Source: Octopus bimaculoides (Eukaryota). Taken from it: a DNA stretch of 64,000 nucleotides. The stretch's first letter is position 1. Each line of letters begins with the position of its first letter. Made by a program: the position numbers and the translations under genes. Below, piece after piece: positions 10,496-23,889 of this stretch. The stretch covers positions 37,587,054 to 37,651,053 of the forward strand of contig NC_068989.1 of NCBI RefSeq assembly GCF_001194135.2, written 5' to 3'. The notes beneath the pieces were generated by a model. That model was not told the origin of the DNA, searched no databases, and saw only the letters and a program-made list of their open reading frames with translations.

Positions 10496-13177
10496 ATAGT
10501 TTACCCATATTTCCCAGTGATGTTCAACTCCATGAGTTTTTAGTTTCATTCTCAGTAAATTTATATATAACACTAAGTAATTTTAAAAGACTAAATAATA
10601 TCAGTTGTGCTATTTATTATTTTAAATATTGGCACCCACTATTTCAGTTTACGTATATGGACATGATGTAGACATTAACACTGAAACCGGAATGAATGTC
10701 TGACAATCAATTTTTCTGTATCGCATAAATACAAAGCGGTAATCTTGCACTTCAAGTTTTTTTAACTGAGTAGTGAACAAACGCTTTAAAAGTTGACTGT
10801 TTTCTATTGACAAAAACGTCTTCTTTTTTCACAAACATAAAATCGCATTCCTAATTTACTGGCTGACTGTTATTTAGAAGTGAGCAATGGAACTGCTCAG
10901 ACAGATATTTCAGCATTCATGTTGAGCAGACAGAATTTGTAAATAATATGACTTGCACGAAGGAACTGTCCCCTATCTTTTGTTGGCCTTTCCACAAAGA
11001 CAAAGTCAAAGGCGTTGATGTTCAACTTAAACTTCTCAATTTGATGTATGAACGAAGAACATGAATTGAGGAAGAATTGTTGAGAGATGTATGAAATATC
11101 TTGAGAAAATGACTGGGTGACGGGTTTACCGTAGAAGCTGAATGTTGAGATAAAGTAGTAATGATGACAGCATTAGAACCTGGATGTAGGTGGTATGCAG
11201 CTAGCTACTTCAGAGAAGCAGGGAGCGTTGTACAGAAGGCAAAGACAAAAAGCATGCCAGGTTGTAGTGCAACTACAATTTACTAATCAGCTGGAAACAA
11301 AAAGTTGTGGCATTTATGCCTTTCATAATAGTAAATATTACAAAAGGGAAATGCCACCGATTTTGGCTTTGCCAAGGACCCGCGAACATAACTGCTTTAT
11401 CGTCTACTTTGTTCATGCTAGTCAGTTTATTGAAATTTTGAGGTGGAAATAAATTTTCAAAGATATGTGTTAAATCGATATAAACTTATCCCAAATTGCT
11501 TCATCTAAAATTTCCTGCTCTCTTTGGATGAATACCTTTCTTATTTGTACTCTACTCTCAACGTTTCGCAACATTTTGGCATTAGTTTGTGTTTGTTTCC
11601 ATTCCAAAATAGTTTCACAGTTTGTTTGAACAATAAGCTTCTTGCTGTTTTCACGTTATAATATGTTTTTGTCTTGAATCATACTCAAGTGCGCTATTAT
11701 TTGAATACTGGCCTTGCAGATTGAGTTTGACAGTGTTAACAGAAAATAAAAATCAAGATAGCGGACTGGCTTTTAGCTAAACAAAAGTGTTGCACTCGTT
11801 AATGTTCTCCTTCTTCCTACCATCTCCTTTCGTTTACGCTCTTAATTCTTTGAGGAATAGCAAAAACGTCAAAAAAATTTACAGAGACATCTCGAATAGG
11901 AGCGCGGCATTATGGCTATGTAAGAAATAATATTCTTCAAGTGTTGATTAAAATATGTAACTGTAATATATTGGTTCAATTTAATCAATTATAACTTTTC
12001 TCGCACAAAAGTTGGGCTTATATCTTCTCAAGAGAATTCATATTTCTTATTGTTCTAGTAGTTTTTGTAGTTGTTATTATATAATTATTCTTTCTAAGAA
12101 TGATGTTCTCATAATATGATGGGTATGTATATCGTCAGAATACAAGTGAAATTGATTAAGTGTGACAGTATCAACGGAACATTGTAAAAATAACGGTTTA
12201 ACTTATAGTTAAACTAAAATGGCGTTCTTATCTCTGAGCTAACTGAGAGAAGTATGAACATTTCAACGTCTGTTTCTCTCGTATATTTAAATCACAAGAA
12301 TTGATAATCCCCTTCACAGTTTATAAAATATGTACCATAATATATTGGCTCTTCCTCCTACAAATTTCTGAAATCTATAATTTTATAGTTGAGCAGAATA
12401 AGATTTCATGAGTTGCATGATTTTTATGAAAACTATGGGAATTATTGTTGTTGTTTATCCGTAAGTCTTCCCTAATCAAACATTCTTTTGTAAAAGATCT
12501 TCCGCACGGCACCATCTATTTTCTTGTTTTCTTTTTAGGTATATCATTGGCCTATGTAATCTTTATTTAAGATGGTAATGTAACACTTAATAAAGAATTA
12601 TTTGTTATTTCTAGTAGTTGAAACATCTACGTTCTTCATGCAGGGACAGTAAATCAAATACCAGTAATGTTTATAAATAAATGTAGCTTCAACTGGGGAA
12701 AGTTTATTGTAGCCCTACGGTAACTAAAGGTATTCAAGCTCTGACCAACACATAATTTTTTCTAGTATAGGGAGTACCTGAGTGGGCTGGCATGAACATA
12801 ACCAGCTTCGAAGGGAAGAATGGATTAAAGTGGCGGCAGAAGAGGCAGTAAAAAAGGACAGCGTATCTGTAGGCCAGAGAATCGAGCATGTAGAATGACT
12901 TAATACCAATCAAGTTGATAGCCATTTTCTGGTTGTGGTTCTGCAATGTCTGTTTGTGCAGCAGCTTCACCGTCCTAGAAGAGAGAGCAATACGTCATTG
13001 TGGAATTAGAATGAATGATGTGATTTAAGGGAATTCTTATGTTTGACAGGTCGAGCGAACACATAGAGGTTTCCTCGTTGGAATATGTATCTCTAGGTCA
13101 CTCAGTACGATATCAGGAATATATTGCATTCTTTAGAATAAAAATTCGGGAAATCATTCGAGTAAAACTTTAGGTGA

Positions 13178-15016
13178 GTTCTGATCAATTTTGATAAATC
13201 TAAAGCACTCGATAAGATCGACCATCGTTACTTGGATATAATCCTGAAATTGGCCGTGTTCGGACCCATTTTCAGAGGTTTGTTCGCTGCAATACATAGC
13301 GGTAACTGCTCAGTGGTCAAAGAAGACGGTTACCTATCGGAACAGTTCGCATCGCACGCTCTGTCCATCAGAGCTGACCACTGTCACGTCTTCTGTACGT
13401 ACTGGCTTTCGAGCCACTGCTGCTGAAACTGGAACAGCTGAGGAGCATTCCTTTCGAACTGAGAGACAGAAGAGCAGTGTCGACGTACGCGGACGATATC
13501 ACCGTCATGGTATCAGATGCCTCTGAAACGAAGACGGTCGGCACCATTCTAAAGGAATCGAATCGGTGACAGGGGCTAAAATCAACACCGACAAGTCGGT
13601 AGGTTTGAGGGTGGGCATCTGGAGAGGCAGGTACATGTTATCGGACAGCATCGTTAAACGTTGGACTGGTCCAGCCCTTATCCACCTCCAGATGTATAAG
13701 AACCGGGTCACCTCTGAGGTGACGAATAAAGCGGCCATTCTTACTCAGAAATAGGCAGAGAGGAAGTTGTTTCTGAAATGTCGGGCAGAAGTGGCGAATG
13801 CCTACACCGCCTCCATTATTATTCATCACCAGGCCATTGTGTCTTGTCCCGGCAATTGCTTGATCAGGCTGGAACGCCTTGAGAAAATGTCACGCTGTAA
13901 TGGTCAGGCAGTCAGTCTACTGCCAGCACCCTCTGAGTGGTGCTTAGGCATGCCGTGGTTGCTGATGCCCAGATATGCGCTGAGATGGCGCCACCCACAA
14001 CGATTCCTGGACAGCGAACATGTGTGAGCTCTGTTCGTGAGATTGGTCTTTTCGTTCCTCGTGTCCTTGACGGAACTGCAGTCTTGGGTGAAGGAAAAAC
14101 TGATACTTGGAACCTGATACCCTGAGTGTCATTAGGCGCTCACAGCCCTCTACCAGATGGGCAACGGCGTCGGTGGATGTTACACTCTAGCAATATATAG
14201 TGGAAAGGAAGTATGACGACGTTCTCGAGATGACTCTGGGCGTTGAAGAAAACGTCTACAGGCTTCGTAGTAAAGTCATCCGCACCTGCCCGAAAAGAAC
14301 GCGGAAGTTTCTTTCAACACGCATTCATACAATGCTCGAACAGTGTTGACTTGTAAAGTTAAGTGGAACACCTGCTGTAGCGTGATGGAGGGATCTGGCT
14401 ATCCGTCGTCTCCATCGTGAAGATCACCCCGCTTCCTTCCTTTAGCCAGGAAAAGCTGACAGTTTTTCTCAGTCTGGTGGCTATAGAAAAAGACGTTGTG
14501 TATTGGATGCAACTTAAAGGCTTGAAGGCAGATACTTTCCTCTCCAGCAAAGCCCTCATCAACTTTTATTTTCAGGCTCAGTTTGGAGTAGGAAGTGAAG
14601 TTGGGGAGAGAGGTACGGTCTCCTAGTAAATTTGTTGAATGGTGAATGTAGCGAGAAAGACCCAAGCAAATGAACTTACTCAAAGCATGAACCTGTCGGC
14701 TGGAATTTATGGAGAAGAGAGGAGCAATTTCCATGGTGCTCAATGAGTTGATAGGAAGAAGCAGCCGGAACACAAAGCAGCCACATTTAGTGATTACTGT
14801 TTATTTTTGAAAAATTTTCATCGCAAATTCGGGGCCTGTGGGTCTCCTTAGTTGCTCGTGGGTGACGCTACTCCTATTGGGGAATTTTATTGTTTGTAAT
14901 TTTTATAAATTCTGATAGTTTTATTGTTTACATGTTTTATGCAACCCTCACCGCTATCCTTTGTCTTGTATCGTCCTTTTGCTTGATGTGCAGATCTTGT
15001 GACCTATAAAGAAAGA

Positions 15017-15020
<4 letters not shown>
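13178..15020 (+). mobile_element. 5'-truncated, decayed L1/Tx1-clade LINE: RT, C-terminal region and 3'UTR
   Basis: VLINFDKSKALDKIDHRYL..LAVFGPIF..PLSRLLYVLAFEPLLLKL..TYADDITV (YADD at 13486-13497)..VTGAKINTDKSVGL, with a later HAFIQC zinc-finger remnant. It ends ATAAAGAAAGAA and runs into (TTA)n. Confidence 0.88.
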
Positions 15021-15226
<206 letters not shown>

Positions 15227-15228
15227 AA

Positions 15229-15665
15229 GGCGGCGAGCTGGCAGAATCGTTAGCACGTCGGGCGAAATGCTTAGCCGTATTTCGACCGTCGCTACGTTCT
15301 GAATTCAAATTCCGCCGAAGTCGACTTTGCATTTCATCATTTCGGGGTCGATAAATTAAGTACCAGTTGCGTACTGAGGTCCATGTAATCGACTACCCTC
15401 TCTCCGAAATTTCAAGCCTTGTGCCTATAATAGAAAGGATTATTGTTATTAAGTTGGCAAGGTGGCGCAATCATTAGGAAGACAAAATGCTTAGCGACAT
15501 TTCGTCTTCTTTACGCTGTGAATTCAAATTCCGCCGAAGTCGACTTTGCTTTTCAATCTTTCGGGGCCGATTTGAATAAGTACCAACTGAGTACTGCGGT
15601 CGATGCAATCGACTTACTCACACCGCTCAAAATTACCGATCTTGTATCAAAAATTTGAAAGCATT
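15229..15665 (+). mobile_element. Two tandem family-A SINEs (~15229-15450 and ~15455-15665)
   Basis: Each has the GGCG..GCAGAATCGTTAG head, a B-box-like GAATTCAAATTC and the GTCGACTTTGC core. Confidence 0.9.
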
Positions 15666-16249
15666 GCAATTATTCTCTTCAGATCGATAAAGTAACTATC
15701 AGTGATAATACTTATTTAATTGAATAAATATATGTATTTATCATTAGTCTAAGGCGAAGTCAAGATGTCAACATAACATTTGATTTAATAAAATATCATA
15801 AAATTCTATAGTTAATTCAACTATTCATAAACCTATTATAAATTCCATTCGTATTTATGACCTCTTCCATGCTTCTCGAAATTTTTCTTTTATTCTCTCC
15901 AACACCGCTATCTTCTTCAGCTTTTCTCTTTTCCTTTACATGATTTTCTCCATTTCTTCTTCAATCGATTTTCTCTTTTATATTCGTTCCTTTCTTCTCG
16001 CCATGCTAACTACCTGTTGACAAAATCCATATCGTTGACCGCTTAGCCTTCAGCATTTGTTCCTTTTCTCTTTAATTCCAAATTTCTTTTATTTCTCTGG
16101 TTTAACTTCAACACATGTTGACACCCTACTTCTTTGTACGTTGCCATACTGTGATGATGTGCCTCACTCCACTCTTTCCTTCGCCTTGTCTTCTCCTTTG
16201 TATCTTTCTTTCTCCCTTTTTCTCTCTCAAAACCGCGCACGTGCGCTTA

Positions 16250-16251
16250 CA

Positions 16252-16297
<46 letters not shown>
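16250..16297. repeat. (CA)n microsatellite
   Basis: Read directly from the sequence. Confidence 0.97.
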
Positions 16298-16298
<1 letters not shown>

Positions 16299-16669
16299 AA
16301 TCGTCAGAAAAAGAAAAAAATTCGTCAGAATTCCAATATCAAACACCCTACTTTCCCCTTAAAATCAATTAATATATATTAAATTTAAGTAGAAATGTTT
16401 CATGAAAATACAAAGAAAATGTCTGTGAAATATAGTAAGAACGGTTAGTATGGAACTTCTCGTCAAAGCTAAACACTGAATATGGAGCAAAAATGCAAAT
16501 AGAATATTTTACAACTCGTCATAGTTAAACGTTTATAATTCTGTAATTTAAAAAGATGGTGACTAAACGGAGGAACGAGTGTTGAGTGCGCGATCTGAGA
16601 GCGAAGTGAGAGAAGATCGAAGAAAAGAGGAAATTGTTTTGTCAGATAGATCTGGGAGATGATGGTACG

Positions 16670-16888
16670 CAACTAGCTATTTCAAAGTTAGCTAGTTCGC
16701 AGTTAATTAGTTCGCAGCTAACTAGTTCACACCTAGCTAGTTCACAGTTAGCTAATTCACAATTACCTACATCATAGCTAGGTAGCTCAAAACTAGCTAG
16801 TTTGCAGCTAGCTTATTCACAACTAGCTAGTTCGTAGTTAGCTACTGCCCAGTTAGTTATTTCATAGCTTGCTGCTTGCTAGTTCGCA
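16670..16888. repeat. Degenerate 15-bp minisatellite (consensus about TAGCTAGTTCGCAGT), roughly 14-15 units
   Basis: GCTAGTTC(G/A)CA recurs with ~15-nt periodicity. Confidence 0.85.
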
Positions 16889-17899
16889 GAGATGAAACAT
16901 ATTCACAGCGTTCATCGAATGGGAGAGAATGGTGAATCCATCAAAGCCACCCCAATAACAAATGAATATGCATATCGGTCTCTGTGCGAAGAACAGACGG
17001 TAGGCCTGAGTGTCCGTGGAATGAAATTCTCTGATTGCGACATGAAAAAAAAAAAGAAGCTATATGAAGACTTTGATGGGTGAGCAGTAACACGTTGTAC
17101 TAACAGATAAGACGTCGGAAAAACAAATGCCAAGGTCATCTGCATACTACTATTTAAATGAGGATTTTGCATAGGCTCTTGTACCAAATGCCAGAATTTC
17201 AGCTTGCCACCCAGAAATGCGAAAGAGGAACTGGAGAGACTAGATATTATCATAGTCGAAAAGCTAAATGAGCTGATATGAACGAGTATGGTAGAACACA
17301 AATTAGCCACATTTGATGATATTGTTTATGCAACCTGTAGGGACACTTGTTCGGGAAAACTGCCAAGAGAAAAACACTACCTCATTAATCCCGGGGCTAA
17401 CCAGAGATGAATAACATGCAATGGAAGAAAAGGGATTTCAAAAACCAGTTGAATATTAAATCGGACTTTGAGATCTAGGGGCAAAGTTAATATTTGAATT
17501 CTAGCTAAATTATGCTAGGTATTTTGTCAGACGCAGTATATATCGTTGCATCTAATCCCAACTTTGCTTGCCAACTCACAATCCCTTCTATAGCGGTTTT
17601 CGAGATACCAGAGTGGATGCTTACCCTACCAGCAAACTAGATGATAACAGATTCATGTATATACCAGAGAGGCAAATGATAGGGAAACGATAGATTTCCT
17701 GAACGGTGCTTATTTTTCTGAGGCAGTTTATGCAATATATGTTTTGTGTGGTTTAACCGTTAATAATTTTAATTAATTTTGTATTGCAACGCAACTTAAA
17801 GGAACCGAAACATAGGAATCATATTATCTTAATGTCTGATTATTGTTTCCGCCCATTCCAATGATTGCTTATCCAATACACTTTTTATGTCTTTTATAA

Positions 17900-18830
17900 A
17901 TTGGCCATGCATTAATTATCCATTCCCTTTATCTTTCTTCTACTGTTCCAATAATCATTTCAATACATCCATCACTCAGACTTCACCACTGTTCTTTCTG
18001 TAGCAACTACGATGGTCTCGCTCATTCTTATACAGTTTTAGCAGCTTTTCAACCGTCTTCTAGCTCTGCTTCTTTGAAGATAACTTCTATAGTCATAACT
18101 TTTTGGGTGATATAGTGCGCCATTTATAGCCATTGTCTTTCGTGCTTTAACATCAAGCCTTCTAATCTCTTTTGATAATCCCAGCTCCATACTTCATCAT
18201 CGAAAGCTAAATGTATATTGTCATAATCATGTTTTTTTTCTTTTTTTATGCAAATTAAATTTGCTTTTTAAGACCAACTACCTTCTAAAATATTCATTTT
18301 CAAATGCTCTTTTCGTTTTAAATTTCTTTCATCTTATCTGTTTTGATTAAATGTTTATATTGACTGTTCTCTGTGTTTACGTATTTGTATCTACTGTCCT
18401 CTATATCTACCTTCATCTTCCCTATCCTGTCAGATAATACCATTTTCTTCTCTAATCCCGAAATCCATCCCTATGAGATGAATATATAAACTCGCACATC
18501 CATTTGATCTTTGCTCTTTCTACACTTCTTAAGATCATCGCTTTATTGTTAAAAGCTTATTTTGGAGATTGTTTTACCCATTTTCTTAAAACCAATGTTA
18601 AAGGTATCATGCATACCACAAACAGTAGTACTATCTTAATTTGAACATTCCTTCCAGTTTTTGATGCTTCAAAGTCACATTTTCTGCGTGGATAGTTACA
18701 TACATCTATCATCCGCAAGTAGATAATAGCTGCATGACGATTCTTTGTGTATTTTAATGTATTTTTCGGGGACATTGTAGGGGCGATCAATGAGAAAATG
18801 CATGTAATCGAAAGGGGCTAGTATAGACTT
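17900..18830 (-). pseudogene. Heavily decayed R4/Dong-type RT fragment
   Basis: Minus strand reads LLFVVCMIPLTLVLRK, SDDLK (degenerate MDDLK), IGMDFGI, VLKSKFN, YGAGII and LDVKARKTMAINGAL.HPK. Confidence 0.7.
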
Positions 18831-19189
18831 ACAAGTTCTTATGACCCCCATAAAAGCACAACGCTTTGCCAAAATTATGTCTATTCGTGGACGCAGAAAT
18901 ACGATTAGTCAGATAGGCAGTGCAGCACTGAAGACTTTGTTATACATGTTCAGTAAAAGTCACGTGAAGGTTTCCTCTTGAAGACTTTTACAAATCAAAT
19001 GAACAACAACTATAACAGCAGGATCCGAAACACTGTCTCAAGAACTCACCAGAAACCTGAGAGTCCCATTCCTCTAGCCATTTTGCGAGTGAGGGAGACA
19101 GATGAAAATGTGGCCATAGTAACATCAGTAAGTCTTAGTCCCCAAATAATAACCACCAACAGCATTACTCCATTTTCTTGTGACGTGAG

Positions 19190-19236
<47 letters not shown>
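19190..19236. repeat. (GA)n microsatellite
   Basis: Read directly from the sequence. Confidence 0.97.
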
Positions 19237-19239
<3 letters not shown>

Positions 19240-20098
19240 GATGATGATGATGATAATGATTGTGGAGAAAAGTTCCCAAACTGTCAAAAGGACCATCAAG
19301 CGTAAAAAAGAGAGAAAAGGTCCCCAAAGAAAATAGGGGTGCACATCAATTGAAAAATGTAAAATCAGACGAGAAGGAACTCAATCATCAAATCAGCAAT
19401 GTTTCCCTTCCTCAAACGATAATAGGACAATGAATTGAAATTCGTCTTCCTTCAATGATAAACAAACATCTTATAGACATATCTGTAATGCATTGAAAGC
19501 TAAGAGATATTGGAAGAACCGGAGGATGGTAAAAATATAACAATATCTTGAAGACATGGGTTGTTATATATACCATCTCACTTAAAAAGTGCTATGGATC
19601 CCTTTAGGGTTCGAGACTACAGGATGTACAATGGCGAACGAGTAGAGGTGCAAGGCACTCTAATCCGACCTATCCAGTGGCTTCTCACCAGCGTGTGATT
19701 AAATAAGTACGAGTTGAACATTAGGGTCGACTTAATTGATTTATCCCATACTCCTAACTGGCTGGCCGTGAATCAGTATTAAGGTACTATTATATATACT
19801 AGCTGGCCCCTGCTGTCAAACATGTCGGCTAATTTTATACATCAGGTAAAAAACCAGGTTTTTAGTTTAATAATTATTTTGTTACCAAATTCTTAATATA
19901 ACTTTCAACTGCAGTCTTTTCTTGATACACTCAGGCAATAATTATTTTCAGCTGTTTTCGTTACGCTAGTGCCTGCCATACGAGCACCAACGATTTGACC
20001 TCTTTGAAAGTTCGATAGATCTGTCATTTTAATGAATTTTAGTTATCTTTTTCTCGCGATATCTGAAAAGAAACAGCAATTTTAGCAAAACATATTAA

Positions 20099-21410
20099 CC
20101 CTTGGTTTACCAGAGAAAATGTATGTCACTAATTACCAACAGGGTCCAATGGACCCAATATTTTTCTCTTAATTAAATTTTATTCAAGCCACCACTATTT
20201 CTTAGCTACCTTATATATGCCTTCAGGTGAATGAAGAATTAGTTTCTCACAAATTTTAATAAAAGAAAATACAGCTCACAGGATATATTATAAATTTTTA
20301 AAATTACAAAAGTACAGAATTACAGCTCTTCATGGCAGTGAATGCAGAGAACATTGGAACGTTCTTGGCAAACATGGATTTACAATTCTTACTTGTTGTA
20401 TGAGTTCTGCTGTCTTTTTCAGGGCCACACAAAGGACATCTTTCCTTTTTTCTTTGGCTGAGGAATCTCAAATGAGGTTGAAGTACGTCTTCTTTTCTTG
20501 TTAGAACTAGAAGATTGTTTGTTGTAGTCTTGTTTAGCATTAACTCCAGCAAGTTCCTTTCGTAACTAAATTAAACACTGTCTTCTTTTATCCTTGAAAC
20601 TTTGCAAGTGAAGCTGTTTAGCAACAATGAAAGCATTCACTGCGCTTATATCAATCATGTAGAATAAAACGATAGGCCATCTTCGAGTCATTGTTTTGCA
20701 AATGTATGTCCTTACCATCTTATCTAGGGTATCCACTCCTACTTTTGTTTTGTTGTAACATGTAATAACTTCAGGTTTCTTTTCAGCACTTTTCGAATCA
20801 ATTGAAGGCTGGGAGTGTATTGTACTCATAAGTGTGACAACATAATTTTTCTTGGGACAATAAGATAGGATCATAGAATCCTTTTTAAATCCAAATATTG
20901 TGCTGTTGATTTTTCTTTCTTTTCCATTTGTGAAAGCACTTGGAAGTTCAACTCTATTCTTTCTAATTGTATCAACTAAAGTAGTTTTCTTGCTAAGCAG
21001 CTTTCGAGCCAATCTTAGACTTGAAAAATATTATCGCAAGTTATATTGCGACCAGTATTTTCAAGTTCTTTTACTAGGTTTTCAACAAATCTTGAACTTT
21101 GACTTGTCTTTTTCCCTTTTACTGGGGTTTTTCCAGTATAGATTTGCATTTTCCAGGCATAAGATGTTTCACTGTCGCATATTGCCCAAATTTTAACTCC
21201 ATATTTCCCTGGTTTTGAAGGAATATATACCCGGAATGGGTATGTTTATCAGCTGTCATGTATGAACTTGGAACATATCCATCTTGCAAATTCTGAATCC
21301 ACATTTCAAATACTTCTCTTATGGGCTCCATTTTATCATCACTTTTCTTTTTTCGTTTTTCACTAGCATCATCAAAACGCAATACTTGTAAAATCTGACC
21401 AAATAGTTTT
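20099..21410 (-). mobile_element. Second decayed piggyBac (different subfamily), 5'-truncated, with its 3' terminus preserved
   Basis: Minus-strand ORFs read RFDDASEKR..KMEPIREVFE, DTIRKNRVELP..ILSYCPKKN..YNKTKVGVDTLDKM..RRWP and RCPLCGPEKD. TTAA at 20095-20098 is followed by CCCTTGG, and there is a subterminal palindrome GGGTCCAATGGACCC. Confidence 0.92.
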
Positions 21411-22529
21411 CAAAATTTTGGAAACCAAAACCAACATTTTAAAATCTTAACTTAGCCGGATAATTTGATAAATCGTGATAAAATAAATTGTAAAAGCATA
21501 AAATCAGGAAGTATGAATATATATTTATTTAACCACGTATGACTATATATTTATTTAACCACATAACTTTCATAGGATTACAGCCGTTTTGCAAACTTTT
21601 TCGTGTAGTAAGAATTTCAGTATGGAAGAAAATGTGGGTACATGTTTACGTTAATATGTATGTGTACTCAGCATTTTACAGTACAACTATTCATTCACAA
21701 ATTAATGCAAATAAAGAATTCTAACTCATCAAATCACCAGAATATCATGGTTACACCAGTAATAATAATTCTTCGATTTTTTGTCCCAGTAGGTTCTGAG
21801 ATACTAAAAGGACATTCAAACAACTAAACATACAGGATAGCAACAAAGGTACCCATATGTTTGATGGTTGGATATGCCAGATAAGCGAATGATGTTAAAA
21901 GCACAATTGGTCTTTTGTATGTAGTTGGTTTTCAGTTAGCTTCTATGAAACTATAGATATTCTGAGAAAGACGAGCATCGGCAGTAATATAAATAGATAA
22001 ATAAAAAAAACGATCTATTGCTAAGATTTTGCCTCACATAACATTGAACAATGGTATTATATAAAATATACATCAGCGGTGCTCAGTCATATTTTCCAAA
22101 GATATCATTAACTCAATTATTATCTCGGCTAGAATAATTAAATTGATAATGACAGAATTAATAATATAGGCGATTGCAGGCCCCAAAAAGCCATTAAATA
22201 GCTGAAGGATTAAAATTTATATTAACCAAAGGACCTTCTGAGTATGTCTGCCTTCTGGAAATAACAGTTTAAACCGCCGAAAATAACAGACAATAACTAC
22301 AGAAATCAACCGTCTGCGAGCATACGGGTTAAGAAAATCATTCAACATACCAATATAGCATCCAGCTATATGTATATTTTCTAGTATTTGGACTCACGTG
22401 GACCGGTTTTGGACTGGTATTGTAGCCTCACCCCTCTCAGCATGTGTTACCACGATGAAAAAATCCCCCAGCCCGTCACGTTATTGTCAGTGTTACTTTT
22501 CGGAGGCGTTAGAGTTGCAAGAGTTGTAG

Positions 22530-22674
22530 GACTGCTTCGAACAGTGGAAAATGCGTCTGGACCGATGCATTGCTTCAAATGGAGAATACTTTGAAGGCGA
22601 TAAAAATGTACACATGTAAAACTAAGTGAATAAAATAATATTGCAGAATTCAATTTCCTTTGGGTGCCCTCTCG
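22530..22674 (+). mobile_element. Mariner 3' fragment: C-terminal coding remnant and TIR ending at TA
   Basis: DCFEQWKMRLDRCIASNGEYFEGDK*, followed by ..TTCCTTTGGGTGCCCTCTCG and then TA. Confidence 0.8.
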
Positions 22675-23427
22675 TATATATACGCTTGTCTTCCTCATAG
22701 TTTCCATTAACCAAATTTCTTTCAGAAGATATTAGTCAATCTTAGGTTGTGATACAAGACACTTCTTCAAAGTGCTTCACCACAATTGTTGGAGATACGA
22801 CTCCAGAGTACCGTGGTTACGGTACAACCTTCTTAAGCACTGTATCTGAACTTTTCCTTCATTTTCCATAGCTTTTTAACAATTTCTTTCCAGTAGGGAC
22901 GCGATTTCCACGTGAAACGTCGACAACAATATGTAACATGAATAGATTTATTGTAAGATTTATTGCATTTATTTTATAAAATATATCTAGTTCTCTTTCT
23001 GTTTCTGATTCTACCAGCTCGCCATCCTAAAATTAAAAAAATATTAGTTGAAATAAAAGTTAAGTACGACATCCAACTAACCGAGAGAATCCTAGTCGTT
23101 CCACTGACGACTTAGGTGCCATAGGTCGGTTTGCTCAATCAAGATTGATTTAGGTCTACATAACCGCCATCACCACCACCGTCACCACCATCGACACCAC
23201 CACTACCATCGCAACAACAACAATTAAGTTTATCGTCCGTATCATATCCATTTTTTTTTTATTAGATTATTTATCTGTTTGGTTTTTCAAGCAAAATGCA
23301 TACAGGAAATAAGACAAACCTGTAGAATAAAGGATTTTTTTTTGTCTTCCTTCGTATCTTACTCTCTGTCCCTTCCGTACCCGCTTTCCCCTTCTCCCTC
23401 ATTTTCTTTGTCTGTTTGCGTGTCTGT

Positions 23428-23458
23428 TTCTCTCTCTCTCTCTATCTCTCTCTCTCTT

Positions 23459-23505
<47 letters not shown>
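23428..23505. repeat. (CT)n microsatellite
   Basis: Read directly from the sequence. Confidence 0.95.
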
Positions 23506-23506
<1 letters not shown>

Positions 23507-23889
23507 ACTCCTACTCTCTTTCTCATTTGGATATCTTTCTGCATATCTCTCCTCCTCCTAAATTGCACAAACAACGTAATAGATAGTACAATTTCCAATA
23601 ATGTTACCGAGTTAATGATCTGTAGAGTATAGAATTTTAAACGAAATGTGTTTGTTTATGTATTAAAAATTGAATCTTTAAATACCAAATAAAAAGAAAA
23701 ACGAAAAGCTAGATGTCTATCAGCAACGAAACTTATACATAAATATGCATAGCTTTTATTTATAAAACGGCTACAAAGCCTGTAACGTGATAGATGAACC
23801 TGCTAGAAATAGCTGCTAAAACCTTCCCAAATTACATTCTAGAAGGAAAAATACATTATGATACAATATGCATCATAATAAACAGGATG

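Noticed and set aside
11265-11400. THAP-like words (MPGCSA.., SCGIYAFHN.., FAKDPR)
   Set aside because: The words are in different frames, and the conserved second Cys, Trp and His are missing.
16670-16888. CRISPR-like array
   Set aside because: It consists of contiguous degenerate units without unique spacers, in a eukaryotic context with no cas genes.
17150-17450. Open stretch (ELERLDIIIVEKL..LATFDDIVYATCRD) vaguely like a non-LTR retrotransposon N-terminus
   Set aside because: There is no diagnostic motif, so it cannot be assigned by eye.
22320-22332. CGGGTTAA as the missing left end of the second piggyBac
   Set aside because: It does not match the CCCTTGG terminus at 20099 beyond CCC.
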